Positions 23,364-36,817 of a stretch of 64,000 nt of DNA are shown here, piece after piece; position 1 is the stretch's first letter; each line of letters opens with the position of its first letter. The notes beneath the pieces were generated by a model. It worked only from the letters and a program-made list of their open reading frames with translations, was not told the origin of the DNA and made no database searches. A program made the position numbers and the translations under genes. The DNA is from Octopus sinensis. Lineage: Eukaryota. The stretch spans positions 88,226,001 through 88,290,000 of the forward strand of contig NC_043006.1 in NCBI RefSeq assembly GCF_006345805.1. Reading direction: 5' to 3'.

Positions 23364-24320
23364 ATATACATATATATATACATATATATACAATTAGTTT
23401 ATTTAAAGAGGAAGCCATAGTATTAGATTGTGAGTTAGTTCTCGTAAAAAGACTAGCAATTTTGATTTTGAGTTTTGTATCGGGATATTGATTGATTGAT
23501 TGATTTTAGTTTCAGCTCATTGAGCTGTGGCCATGCTGGGGCACCGCCATTTAAAATATTTTATCTTTGAAGCTACTTAATTTTAGAGCTTTGTTATAAT
23601 ATGGAGCATGAGTGTTGAATATCTCCTCATTGGCAGATAAGTTTGAAATTCTAATAGAAATGGCTGTTACTCTGCTATTGAGGATTGATCTAGGATGATT
23701 AGAGAGAATATTTAAGTACTGAAGGGTTTGGTTGGGTTTCTTATATGGATAATGAAGACTAGTAGTAAGGTTAAGTGGGACATCCAAGAAGTTGGCTACC
23801 TTATTATCCATTTCAAATACTATAACTTTTAAAGAATTTTATCAAAGATTTCTTAGTGTGTTCAATCTCTGGACAGGATAAATTTTTAGTTGCATAAAGT
23901 GCATTGTCTCTATAGAGACCACCAAAGATGTTGGGAAAATATCACTTAATTGGCAAGAGCCCACAAGGTTTGTTACTTGGACTGAGTCAGATGAGCCCAT
24001 TGTTATATCAAAAAAGTTTGAAGGTGTGTTTCGAGTCCAATTATTATGATTAAAGTTGATGTGAGCTTTTCTAACTGCCAAAATTAGGTCTACATCAGAT
24101 GCAGAAATGGTTGCATATTCACCCAATAGGATGGGTGATATTGATGCATTGTAATCAGATATATCAAATTAAATTAAATTAATATATTTGTCATTGAGGG
24201 AATGAAACTATGTGATTACATCACCAGTAGAATTCCCAAGGGGGAAGCTCTACATTATCCTTGACTTGGGGTAATATTCTATCTATAATTATTTTACTAA
24301 TTTTGCCAAAGTCAGATTTA
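21700..24320 (-). mobile_element. Degenerate Penelope-like element (RT plus C-terminal GIY-YIG region)
   Basis: RT FFDITMGSSDSVQVTNLVG; thumb NFLDVPLNL..YKKPNQTLQYLNILSNHPRSI; CRIKDTCPLAGSCL..VVYK; LATYIHDLK..WSIIAEAPPY..LCIKE. HHR downstream; interrupted by microsatellites. Confidence 0.85.
22130..22218 (-). ncRNA. Type I hammerhead ribozyme in the PLE 3' terminal repeat (C3>T, likely decayed)
   Basis: ctcc TTGATGA ag...ctt GAAAC ggcc GTC ggag, with palindromic ACGGCCGT stem III. Confidence 0.75.
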
Positions 24321-24639
24321 GTGGAACAGATATATGTTTATATATACATAAATACACGTGTATATACATGTATATATATATATATAAGTAAACACATATT
24401 ATACATATTTATGTTTATGTGTGTGTTGTATGTATGTGTGTATGTAGGTATGTGTGTATGTATGTATATATGTATGTGTGTGTGTTTGTATTTATGTATA
24501 TGGGTGTGTTAATGACTCAATATCTTGACATTACTTAATAAATGTCAATGAGTGTTACCATCATACAGGCAGTGTCTTTTATTTCTAATCTTTTGTAAAA
24601 ACATGTTTGGCTTGGGAAAATAATATCTTACTTGTACTT

Positions 24640-25280
24640 GTGATGGTGTTCACCTAGGGCGGATTGAGCTGGCTTCTTCTCTGGTCCTAAGGGCATCATG
24701 AACCATGGCAGCCCACACTCAACGGTCCCGTGTGAGATCACTGGAGATAGCAAGCTATTCGTGGTTCCATCTGTGCAGACCAACCACCTGCAGACCAGAG
24801 AGTTCGGAGAGGTCCTCCTTTATCGTCGTTGCTCAGGTCTTCAGCTGTCCGCCCGTGCATTTGCGCCAGCTTGGAAGTGGAAGTGGGAGGAGGACATCAC
24901 AAATCAGCTCACCCTCTGGACGCCAGGCCGCATGACCGAACCACCTTAAGCACTGTTGTAGAAGCACCGATGACGAAGACTGGCTGTAGGAACCCAATCA
25001 ATGCGTCAGCAGCGAAGAATGTGCAGAGACAGTCACTGTCGAACACCTCTAGCCTTTCATAGGCCATGTTTCAAAACCATAGAGGAGGATAGTACGAACG
25101 ATAGCCTGGTAGATTCAACCTTTGGTCACTGAGGAGATCTCTCTTTTGTCCCACAGGCACCACTGGAGGCGCACGAATGCAGATCTGGCAGCACCTATGC
25201 AATGCTCAACCTCGGCTGTGCCCTGGTTCGTTGGAACCACTATTGAACCCAGGTAGACGAAGGACTCCACATCTTACTTG
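24640..25280 (-). mobile_element. RTE-clade LINE 3' fragment
   Basis: VESFVYLGS..IYQAIVRTILLYGFETWP..LRWFGHAAWRPEGELI..GGQLKT*ATTIKEDL. Confidence 0.8.
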
Positions 25281-26639
25281 GAAATAGGTGAGGGTTGGTA
25301 ACAAGAAGGATATCCATTCATAGAAAATCTGCCACAACCAATCCCATCTGACTCATGTGATTATGGAAAAGTGGATGTTAAAATGATGGCAATGACAATG
25401 ATGTATGCCATTTCTATGAATTGGAATATATGCAAAACTAAGACAATGAAATTGTGCTTGGAAGAAATTTTATCTGAGATAACGATGCATGTTTATAGTT
25501 CATAAGTTCATATGTTACTTCAATAACTTTATTTTTTAGCATTAGTAGATGTATTCATAGTTTATAAGTTCATATATTAATTCAATGATTGCTTGTGTTT
25601 TGGCGACACAAAGATAGAAACTGAAGAGCTCAGCTAAAATATTAGTTATTTTCGTTATTATTTTCTTAATTAATTAATAATTATTTCAAACAATATATGC
25701 AAAATCAAGATAGTGAAAAATGCAAATTTTGTCTGAAATGAAGATTAAATGAGATATTGACACATGAATTTATAGCACATAAATTTATATATTACTTCAA
25801 CGACTATTTGCTTTCAAACAACATGGGAACAGTAACTGAGGAGCTCTACTAAGACATTAATTATTTTTTGCATTATTTAATTAATTAAGAAATTATTGTT
25901 TCTATCAATTGAAATATATGAGATAACAAAATATGCAAATATGTCTAAAAGAAAGATTAGCCAAGCACCAACATGGTGCAGTGGTTCACAAGTTCAAATT
26001 CTATTTCAATGACTGTTCTACAGAGGTATAAGGACACCAATTTCCTTCAAGCTTATCAAGATATACTCCCAACAGATCCTATAAGACATCACCTACCCTC
26101 ATACATAGCAGAAGAAGTCTTTATGCTCAACACTCATAGACTACCCAACATTTATAGAAAAACACATTTCCACTCCTATTATGACAAGTATAATCAATTG
26201 CCATTACTCCATGTAACCCAACCTGCAATTTCCTATCCATAAGCTTTCCCATTTACTCCTAGTAACCTATCTAAACAAATCTATCAGTATACTACAAACC
26301 CACACCCTTTCTTTCTAAAGGCCATCTTTCCTATCCTTCCACCACATTATGAGCACCTTTAGTAATCCTATATACACAGGAGTTCCATAATGAAAGTAAT
26401 CAAGAAAGGAGTAGAGTAACTCTGAGTGAAATTCTACCAGGGGAAATCAAACACTTTAAACTGACAAATAAAGCAGTAACTCTGAATAAAAATTCTGCAG
26501 AAGGAGACAAAGACTGTACAAGTTGCTGAGAAGGAAAGCCATTTAGGTGAGCAGCAACTCCAAATAAAATCTAACACGATATAGAGGGAATACTTTAATC
26601 TTGGCTGACAACCTTCTAGTACTGGGAGCATGAAACTAC

Positions 26640-28770
26640 ACCCAATCTATGTTGTACTGTAGTTGGTGATAGGAAAAAAGCATCCAAACAACAGAGCTGT
26701 GACCAAATGATGATGCTCACAGTTACCACGAACACCCCATTAGAAACGAGCCCTCCTCCTATCATTACAAAACTTCAAAGCTGCTACCATCAAAGTTGAT
26801 ACAATGGAAAGTAGGTCTGGAGAGGTCTTGAAGAAGCTGGAGCAGAGGCAAGAAAATGTGTTTGGTACTATAGAGGAAATACTCAGCCAGAATCATCAAT
26901 GGTAATAGTCACATATGTAAATTTTTGCTTTTTAGCTATGTTGGGTTGAGTGAAATAGGCATATCATATTGTTACCAGAGAAGTAGATAAAGTAACTAAG
27001 TCAAAGTATATGACAATTAAACTCAAACAGCAAGTTATCTTTGTATATGCACCACAATCAGAACTAACAAGTAAACCTAAAGACAGTTTCTATGAAAACT
27101 TCTTGCAGATGAACTCAATATCAAAAGACATCGACCTCATTATCATGTCTAATATTGGGCACTACATGCTAGCTACTTGATTATATTATGAAATCTATGG
27201 GTACAAGAAATTAGTAGAATTTTGAGGCACAAATGAGCATGGAAAGATTGGAAGGATGTGAGAAGTAAGGATCAATGTGCAAGGATCAGAAGTGTGAGTA
27301 TGCTAGTTTACCAAGCAGTTTATTAGTGTGAATTAGTACAATGTTGGGGTAAAATGCATATGGAATGATAGCAGGGGACTTGTCTTCATTGACGTTGAGA
27401 AGAAAGAAACATGTAAATACATGATAGAAAGAGAATCTACAAGTAGACACTATTGTTGATAGTTATATAGTTAAAAAGCACAATATGAGTGCAAGGAAAG
27501 CAGCTAGCCCATCAGACACAACCACTGAGATGCCAAAAATATTCAGTAAAGTAAGACAAGTCAGTTGCTTGCATAGTCAATCAGGTAGTAAAGAATAAGG
27601 AAATATACCTCATGACCTGCATAACAGTCTTATTATCAATAGCAAAGGAGCTGCTCCAGGAAAAGAAGCAACTACAGAGGCATTAAAATAAATTGGACAC
27701 TGGTTATGAATGTAATAAGAGTTATAACACAACTAATGAGGAAAAAGTAGCTTAGATGAAATGCAGTTTGGGTGATGTAAAGATGGGGTGTTTCCCTCTC
27801 TTCAACAACACAGCTACACAAGAATATTTTAGCTAAGAATATGTTTCAATAACAAGCATTCATTAAATTGGAGAGAGCTTATGATAGATCGCTGTGCTCT
27901 GTAGTCTAGTAGATACTAAGAAAAATAAGTGATTTGTCTGTAATAGTACAAACCATGTACAGAGATTCTATCAAAACAATAAGAGTCAACAATGAGTTCA
28001 GTAAGGAAATAAATATGCAGATACATGTCCACCAGTTCTTAACTCTCTACTGTTCAATGCAATTCTCGAAGCCACAGTAGACAGTTTAATCTTTTACTCT
28101 TTTACTTGTTTCAGTCATTTCACTGCAGCCATGCTGGAGCACCGCCTTTAGTCAAGCCAATCGCCTCCAGGACTTATTCTTTGTAAGCCTAGTACTTATT
28201 CTATCGGTCTCTTTTGCTGAACCGCTAAGTTACGAGGATGTAAACACACCAGCATCGGTTGTCAAGCGATGTTGGGGGGACAAACAGACACATAAACATA
28301 CACACACACACTCACATATATGTATATATATATATATACATATATACATATATACAATGGGCTTCTTTCAGTTTCCGTCTACCAAATCCACTCACAAGGC
28401 TTTGGTCGGCCCGAGACACTTGCTCAAGGTGCCACACAGTGGGACTGAACCTGGAACCATGTGGTTGGTAAGCAAGCTACTTACCACACAGCCACTCCTG
28501 CACCTTTGTGGCAACTTTTATAAGTCACTGACCTAGTTCACATAGCTAAATCTGTTGAAGCAAAGGGTAAATTTTGTGCTGTTTATTTATAAAGTGTAAT
28601 GCTGCATGGCAGCAAAATACGGGTACTAAATGTGGAGGATGTGTAAAAGCTCAAAAAGAATGGAGTGAACATACTATGCTGAAAGAGGGATGTTAGTGTG
28701 CATTAACAATGAAGTACAAATGAACTAAAAGAAAAACTGAATATTAGAGGTAATAGTGTACAAGATATAG
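26640..28770 (+). mobile_element. Old RTE LINE remnant (APE + RT), interrupted by a SINE
   Basis: ISLYAPQS..KDSFYE (APE); LDEMQFG and AFIKLERAYDR (RT); heavily decayed. Confidence 0.65.
28090..28504 (-). mobile_element. SINE family A, near full length
   Basis: Reverse complement of 31862-32305. Confidence 0.9.
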
Positions 28771-30753
28771 TAAATCTGATACCTTATCAATGTTATTCAA
28801 TAACTAAATCTATATGCCTAGAGAATGGATTGCGAAAAAACAATAGTATGAGTAATGTATAGATAGTTGAAACAAATATTGTTTCCATGGTTCCATGGAA
28901 TGGAGAGTTTTTGTCCAGGTTGTGTTCAAAGGTAAGGCAAAGTAGTTAATCCAAACCCAAGCAAATGCCAAAGGTATACACCAGTTTAACTGCATTTTAG
29001 AGCATAATTATAATTTATTGAAATCCAACACCAAATATAAATTTACTCTCATGCTAGTTATCACTAAGAAATTTTGCCTCTGAGGCTTTTCTCGAAAACA
29101 AGAGAAATATTTGTTTTGATATTTTAAATCAGGGTTGCTCAGCTAATTTGATGGATTTGATGAATTTCTCCACAATTTGTGACTATAACTGTTATCATGA
29201 TTTCGTTTACACACTTCACACCTCAAAGTTATGGGGGAAAAAGAATATTCTGGCATCACACACTTTTTTAAGGCTTACAAAATATTGAGTTACAAACAGA
29301 ATGTCAAAACCAGAATTGTGTGCTTATGTTTACTGAAAATGTATGGACGCATTAAAACTAACTGTACGATAAAGTTGATAGTCGTAATGAGTTAGACAGT
29401 AGAAGCCAAGAAAACTAGTAAGGATCTGAGTCAGCAAATAATGACAATTAAAAGTTCCCAAAATGAAATAATGGTACTGTTCTAACTTTCATAAGGCAAA
29501 AAACTGATTTATGGAGAGAAAAAAAAATGATAATGTGAAAGAAGTGACATCTGAAATAAAAAATTGAAAACTGTTTATAGACACTCCTGACAAAGGTTTT
29601 CCTGTACTTTATGGCACTTAATAATAAAAGATTCAAATTCTGGCACAAAGCCAGCAGTTTTCAAGGAGAATTAATGCAAAGTATGGTTTCTATTATTGAA
29701 ATAAGATTACATAAAAATTTTAAGGTTTTTGATGGGGAATAGTGTAAGCAATTCAATTAACATCATTGCTTAACCAATATGTATTTTATAAACCCTAGAA
29801 GGAAACAGGGAAATTTGAATCAAGTAGAATTTGAACTTACAAATAAAAAAATGTAACTGAGTACTACAGTTTTTAAACCATGCTCATCTCTTTCACTGAA
29901 TTTCTACACAACTGCTTCAGCAAAGACAATTACTTGTGAAGGTAGACATAGGCATGTTCCAGAAAATATGATCTGCAAACATTGGAAGTGTATTATCTCA
30001 CAAAATTTGACTATCTTGAACAATTTTGTTCACCTCGAACATATTTCTGCATATTTTACAAGACGCATTACTCCTTGTTCTAAGACAAGAAATTCCTGAA
30101 GTATTTCTCAAGCCATGAATAATAAAAAATAATAATTGTTTCAATTATTGGTACAAGCTCACAAATTTTGAAGGAGAGTATATGTCAATCAAATTGACCC
30201 CTAGTATTTAACAAGTTTTATTTGATTGGCTCTGAAATGATGAAGAATAATGCCAACCACAGGACATGAACTGCAGGACTTGAACTCGGTATGAAGGAGT
30301 TGTAACTAAAAACCCGCTACGCAGCATTTTGTCCAAATAATATTTTTATATGAGCACAGCTGGAAGATCTTATCATCATATCATGGTGCTCACCACATCT
30401 TTTACTATACTTAAACAATAATAAAAAAAACACAAAATACACCCCCTCCCCTGATAGCTTTAAACACTTTAAATAGAAGTTGTCTGGGGAAAAAAAGAAA
30501 AAAGAAAAAGAAAAGCCAGAGCAAAGAGGAAAAGCAATTACTTTGTCGTCAGTAGATAATGAAATTTTCCGCCCATAAATTTCCAAGCCAATAAATCGGA
30601 GGTTATTTTTATTTTTATTTCTGTTTTTTTTTCTTTTTATGTTTTAAATTTTTGTGATGATATTTATTTGTTTATTTCTGTCTTTTTTTCACAAGTGATC
30701 TCCATTTAAAATAAAGAAACCAAACCAACCACAGAGACAACACCACCCTCATT

Positions 30754-30785
<32 letters not shown>

Positions 30786-31861
30786 CAAGCAAACAAACAA
30801 ATAAACAACTAACCAACCAACAAGAAACAAGCAGCAAAAGGTGGCTCCCCCATTGTCACCGTTTACCAACAAGTTTAGTAGAGAATATCTTATACATCTC
30901 AATATTGATTTGACCCCTGTGCGCCCTTCTCTCTCCCCTCCTGTTCACACACCGCTAACACTCACCACCCTATACTGTCAATTTAAAGTGTCTTTAAAGC
31001 ACAGGGTTTAGTTTGGAGATGCAGTTTTAATATCTTTTATTCTCTCTTTCCCTATTTATCTCTTTGTCTTGCTCTCATCCACAGACATTTATTTTTCTCC
31101 CTTTCACTGACACATTCTTTCTCTATCTCTCTTACACTACATATATAAACACAGGCACACTCATTTTCTCTTGCACACTCTCTCATGCACATACAGACTC
31201 TCTCCTTCTCACTCATCTCTCTCTCTCTCACACATTATCTCTTAGTTTTTTTACTATTTTCCCAATATATATTTAGATGTTTATCTTAGATTTTATATAA
31301 TTCTTGTTGTTGTTATTGACCTTGCTGGAATCTTTATCTTAGATTTTTAAGTTTGTATTATTGTCAACAATATCATTAGTGCTATTATTATTGTTGCTGT
31401 TGTTATGTCGAGAATCAATATTAAAAAAAAAGTAAAAATCACTATTCACCATTATCATCACCATGAAAACCATCATCATAATCCTCCTCCTCCTCCTCAT
31501 CATCATTATCATCATTATCCACTACTATCATCACCATCAACACCATCATCATAACCCTCATCATCACCATCACCATCATGGTTATCATCACCATTGTTAT
31601 TTTACATCCGTTTTCTTTCCATGCTGACATAGAAACTGAACAGATCTACTCTATCAAAGTATCTCTGCACTAGTTATGTTAGTACATTATTGTCATCTAT
31701 GAGAGGTACATGTTTCTAAAACCAGCCTTCACCATTATTCCTTGATGTTCCTCTTACAAAGATTCATTCCACTTATTATTGTATTATAATTATTATTATA
31801 TAACAGGAGATACATTAACCTAAAATAATAGTATAATATACAAAGCAACTTATATTATATA

Positions 31862-32023
31862 GGTGTGGGAGTGGCTGTGTGGTAAGTAGCTTGCTTACCA
31901 CCCACATGGTTCCAGGTTCAGTCCCACTGTGTGGCACCTTGGGCAAGTGTTTTCTACTATAGCTTCGGGCCGACCAAAGCCTTGTGAGTGAATTTGGTAG
32001 ATGGAAACTGAAAGAAGCCCGTC

Positions 32024-32068
<45 letters not shown>

Positions 32069-32305
32069 AGTGTGTGTGTGTATATTTCTGTGTCTGTGTT
32101 TGTCCCCCTCAACATCGCTTGACAACCAAAGCTGGTGTGTTTACGTCCCCGCAACTTAGCGGTTGAGCAAAAGAGACCAATAGGATAAGTACTAGGCTTA
32201 CAAAGAATAAGTCCTGGGGGCGATTTGCTCGACTAAAGGTGGTGCTCCAGCATGGCCACAGTCAAATGACTGAAACAAGTAAAAGAGAAAAAGAGTAAAA
32301 GAGAG
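31862..32305 (+). mobile_element. tRNA-derived SINE family A, full length, with internal (TA)n(TG)n
   Basis: A box tggctgtgtgg, B box ggttcagtccc, 3' hairpin cagtca-aa-tgactg and (TAAAAGAG)n tail; several copies in the window. Confidence 0.9.
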
Positions 32306-32329
32306 TATTTAGTTGAATATCTTTACAGG

Positions 32330-32781
32330 TTGAGTTCAAACCTCAGTTATTTTTCCTCTATTTTTGAGGGTCTATAACAAGTACTGGAGTCAGTTTGATG
32401 AATTGCATCCTCTTCCCCAAAATATTTTGTCTTTAGTCAATGTCAAGAACTATCCTACCAAAGATGACTTCATCTTCCATCCTTCTGAGATCAATAAAAT
32501 ACAGTACCAGTCAAGCACTGAGAGTGACGGAATAAACTAACACCCTCCCCTCAAAACTGAAGAACTTGTGTCTAAATTAGAAACAGTTATAATTATTGTT
32601 ATTATTAATGGAGCAGGTAAAATGCTTAGTGGCATTTTGTCTATCTGAGTTCTGAGTTCAAATTCCACTATGCTTTCATCCTTTTGGAGTTGATAAATCA
32701 AGTACCTTAGAAACACAGAGGTTGATATAATCGACTAGTCCCCTCCCACAAAATTCAGGCCTTGTACCTATAGTAGAAAGG

Positions 32782-32866
<85 letters not shown>

Positions 32867-33165
32867 ATGCAAAGAGCTGGGAAAATCATTAGCACTGGGA
32901 TCAATGCAATCAACTAGTCGCCTCCCCTAAAATTTCAGGCTTCATGCCTTGAGTAGAAAGGATTCTGGTAGAATCGTTAGCACACCAGACAAATGCTCAG
33001 CAATATTTCGTCTTTTCTTACATTCTGAGTTCAAATTCTGCTGAGGTTGACTTTGACTTTCATCCTTTCAGGGTCAATGAAATAAGTACCAGTTATGCTC
33101 TAGAGTCGATGTAATCAACTTATCCCTGCCCCCAAAATTTCAAGTCTTGTGCCTATAGTAGAAAA

Positions 33166-33217
<52 letters not shown>

Positions 33218-33432
33218 GTTATTATTTTTATTATTAAGACAAGCTGGCAGAATCATTAGCATGCTGGAATAAATGCTTAGAGGTATTTCGCTTATTGCTA
33301 TGTTCTGAGTTCAAATTCTACCAAGGTTGACTTTGCCTTTCATCCTTTCAATATCAGTTAAGCACTGAGGTCAATGTAATTGACTGTACCCCTCCCCCAA
33401 AATTTCAGGTCTTGTGCCTATAACAGAAAGGA
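32330..33432 (+). mobile_element. Pile-up of about six SINE family B copies/fragments separated by (ATT)n/(AGT)n
   Basis: Repeated gagctggcagaatc..ttctgagttcaaattc..tttcatccttt..ccctccccc aaatttcagg..tagaaagg followed by (ATT)n. Confidence 0.85.
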
Positions 33433-33445
33433 TTATTATTATTAT

Positions 33446-34390
33446 TACCTCCACCTTAACGAAGGCGGAGGTATTGTATTCAGTCATGTTTGTTTGTTTG
33501 TTTGTCCATGGACAAGATGTCTCAAGAACTGCTGGATGGATTTGGATGAAACTTTCAGGAATGTTTGACCTCATGACTGGTACAAACTGATTAGATTTTG
33601 GGATTGATCTGGTACGGGACAAGGATTCTGAATTATTTGATATATTTACTTTACATGATTACGATTTTACATTGACTTTCAAGTATTTCTCAATTGTCTA
33701 TCTTTAGGCTGTTTCCAAAGTTTCATTTTTGTTTCTCTATTATCAATTTTACTTGCATCTCTATCTTAGTTGAAACAGATGGATAAAGAAATTAAAACTA
33801 CATAAAAACAAACAGCAGCAAAACCGTTCTGAAATTAAATAACACTAACATATTTTTATAATATACATATTATAAATTATACATCCACATTAACACTTTA
33901 CAGTATAATTACATATATACATACATCTATACATGGATCTAAAACAACAGGAATACTAAAGGAAGGCCGGAATTTAAGAGAAGAGAAAACCTAAAGGTCT
34001 CATGCTATTCATTTAAAAATTATTGAGTAGAATTTATTATTATCTTTGCCTTTGAAACTATTTTGAATGGTGAATTTGTTAACTTTGGCTTGTATTAGAT
34101 AAGGATAAACTATTTATTACTGTTACTAAATTTTGTACAGCCACCTTCACATTCCATGACTACCATTGGAATGGATCAATCAGATACCGGAGAAGGATTC
34201 TAGATTATTTTTCTGGTTTTTTTTTTTTACCTAACTTTTGAGAGTGGTCAGGTTCAATTTTAGTATCCTTGTTTGTGAGGTGCAGTCGAGTTTATTTCAG
34301 ATATTCTCATTTTACAAACCATTTCTGGCTAATCATTGAGAGGGTGTTGGTGTTGCCTTGGCAGAGGTTTGTGCTCTCTGAGTGTTATTG
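33446..34390 (+). mobile_element. Non-autonomous Helentron-type (HINE/DINE-like) element with an internal insert at ~33640-34170
   Basis: 5' hairpin tacctccacctt-aacg-aaggcggaggta, (GTTT)n, 3' sub-terminal repeat ggcagaggt and terminal hairpin gtgctctctgagtgt. Confidence 0.65.
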
Positions 34391-34399
34391 TTATTATGG

Positions 34400-34840
34400 T
34401 GGTGTTGGATTGCCAGAATTGTTAAAGCATAGAAGAAAATGCTTTGAGGTATTTCTTCTGGCTTCACCTATTTATATTCTATGTTCAAATATCTTCAAGA
34501 TCAACTTTGCCTTCGATCTGTTTTTGGATTGATATTAAAAAGTACCAGTCAAACAAGGTTTGATTCAATCACCTAATATTTGCCCTCACCTCAAATTTCA
34601 GGTCTTATGTCTCAGTTGGAAACATTTATCATAAGAAAAAGTAGGGCAATGGAAATAGCTGAACAGTATTTAGTCCTTTTTCTTTATGTTTTGAGTTCGT
34701 ATCCCACTAAGGTTAATTTTGCTATTCGTGCTTCAGGGTAGTGGGCTGGGCCATTAAATAAAATAAGTCACATACCCAGGTCAATTAAATCAATGATATT
34801 CCTCCCCTACAATTTTGTGGCTTTGTGCCAAGCCTATAAA
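34400..34840 (+). mobile_element. Two old SINE family B copies
   Basis: Degenerate homology to 32965-33168. Confidence 0.6.
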
Positions 34841-35109
34841 TCATCATTGATATTATCATCATTCTTATCATTATAAATATCATCGTTCATCATCATTATC
34901 ATTAACATTTTTATGTTATTCTTATTAATTTTCTTTTTATCTCAAATGGTGGATTGTTTTTCTTTTGTTTTTGGTCTTCATAAACAATTATCATCGTTAT
35001 TATTTAATATTATAATTATCATGATTATCACCACCATTTTTGAAACATACCTCTTCTTTCCCATCTACCTCTTCCTCATTATCATCATCATCATCATCCT
35101 CCTCCTCCT

Positions 35110-35140
<31 letters not shown>

Positions 35141-35879
35141 AGCAGTATCACTTGCAATAGCATCATAAAAGCATTAACCTCCTTATTATTACCCGCCCAA
35201 CCCGCAAGCTACCACCCCCATCTCACCCCCCACCCCAACCCAACACAGATACCATTTTTATTATAAATATTTCCTGGAACAAAACAAAAATCTATTTGTG
35301 ATTAAAATCAGCAACAAATAACAATAACAACAGGGGACAAGAATCCATGCTGCTGCCACTGCTGATGACAACGATGATGACAATGACAATGATGATGATG
35401 ATGATGATGTTGCTGCTACTGCAGCGATTAATGCAACAAATAATCATGCAGAAAAAAAACCTAACAAACAAGAAATGGTATGTCTGATAGGGTAAGGTGA
35501 GGGTGAAGTTAATTGTGAAGAGCACTATAGTTTATTGATTTTTTTTTTTTCTACCCACCTACCTTAGAATAATCGACCAAAACATATATTAATGAGGAAG
35601 AAGATAATGAATGCCCAGTGCTGTTGATACAAACAAATAAATCAATAATTAAGAACAATAATGATAACGGCAATAAATAAACAATCAATAAACAAACATA
35701 ACTAATAACCGATATGAACACACACAAACAAAATGAATACATAAATGAGCAGCTTTAAAACAGAATAGCAACAGTAACAACAACAACAACAGTAATTGGA
35801 ATTGACAAAGTTAATTAGCTGAATAGAGAAGTTTTGTAAATTTTTACTAATCTCTTTATAATGAAAATACAAAAGATTA

Positions 35880-35915
<36 letters not shown>

Positions 35916-35917
<2 letters not shown>

Positions 35918-36745
35918 CAACAAGGCTTTAATAACAAGCCCAAACTCATGCCAGATCGGTCATCACCCAGGACAAGGACCATGTTATCTAATGGGGAACC
36001 AGACTGGGCTCGAAAAGTCTGTTGCTGGAGCAAACTCTAAAAAAAAAAAACGAATTACCAGGTAACCAGAACCAAGATAACCCTAACCCTAGGCCTGTAG
36101 TGACACCACCAAAGACACAATCTAAAGCAAAATGCACACAATGGACTAGAGAGGATTATAGAGATGTGTTGAAAGTTTTCTATACAGCCCAACTAAACTC
36201 GAACAACAACCACATTGTACAAACATACACTTTATGAAGAAACTTAATAGGCAAAGAAGTACGCAGATATATAGATGCAAATAAATAAAATAATGTACAT
36301 AGAGACATCATTAAGAATAAAAGGTTAACTGATGCTGAAATTGGCCAAATTCGGACAAAAATATCTCATGGTAGGCCAAATGAAAGCAACAACAATGCAG
36401 ATGAAATAGGTAACAGATGCACAACCCAGTATACAAGCAGTACGTCCCAACGAGGAAGCTGAAGAAAGAATAGTGAAGAACAGATATGTGGAAAAAGAGA
36501 AGAAAGTAGACACCAGGATATATCATAGAATTTGAGGGGAATAATAATGGGATCATAGAAGCAAAAGAAGATATTATGAGAGAACTCAGCAAAACTGAAT
36601 TTACTGATCTGATTAATAGAGAGCTGCTTTCAAAGCTCCCAAACAGCATGAAAAAGTAATGATATACAATGTTGCTCTTAGAAACGGAAATGACCTAACA
36701 ACCTTAAATAATCTCATATCTACTCCACTGCTAAAATTGTAACTG
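35916..36745 (+). mobile_element. 5' portion of an old R4/Dong LINE
   Basis: Follows (TAA)n. ATG at 35948 MPDRSSPRTRT..GEP, QWTREDYRDVLKVFY, IIKNKRLTDAEI, LTTLNNLIYSTA; multiple stops. Confidence 0.65.
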
Positions 36746-36758
36746 CTGCTGCTGCTGC

Positions 36759-36815
<57 letters not shown>

Positions 36816-36817
<2 letters not shown>

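Noticed and set aside
25615-25865. ctgaagagct / ctgaggagct resembling HHR cores in the tandem repeat
   Set aside because: No GAAA or consistent stems in either unit.
35916-36030. Possible HDV-like ribozyme at the Dong 5' end
   Set aside because: I could not build the nested double pseudoknot, and the segment reads as the ORF N-terminus.
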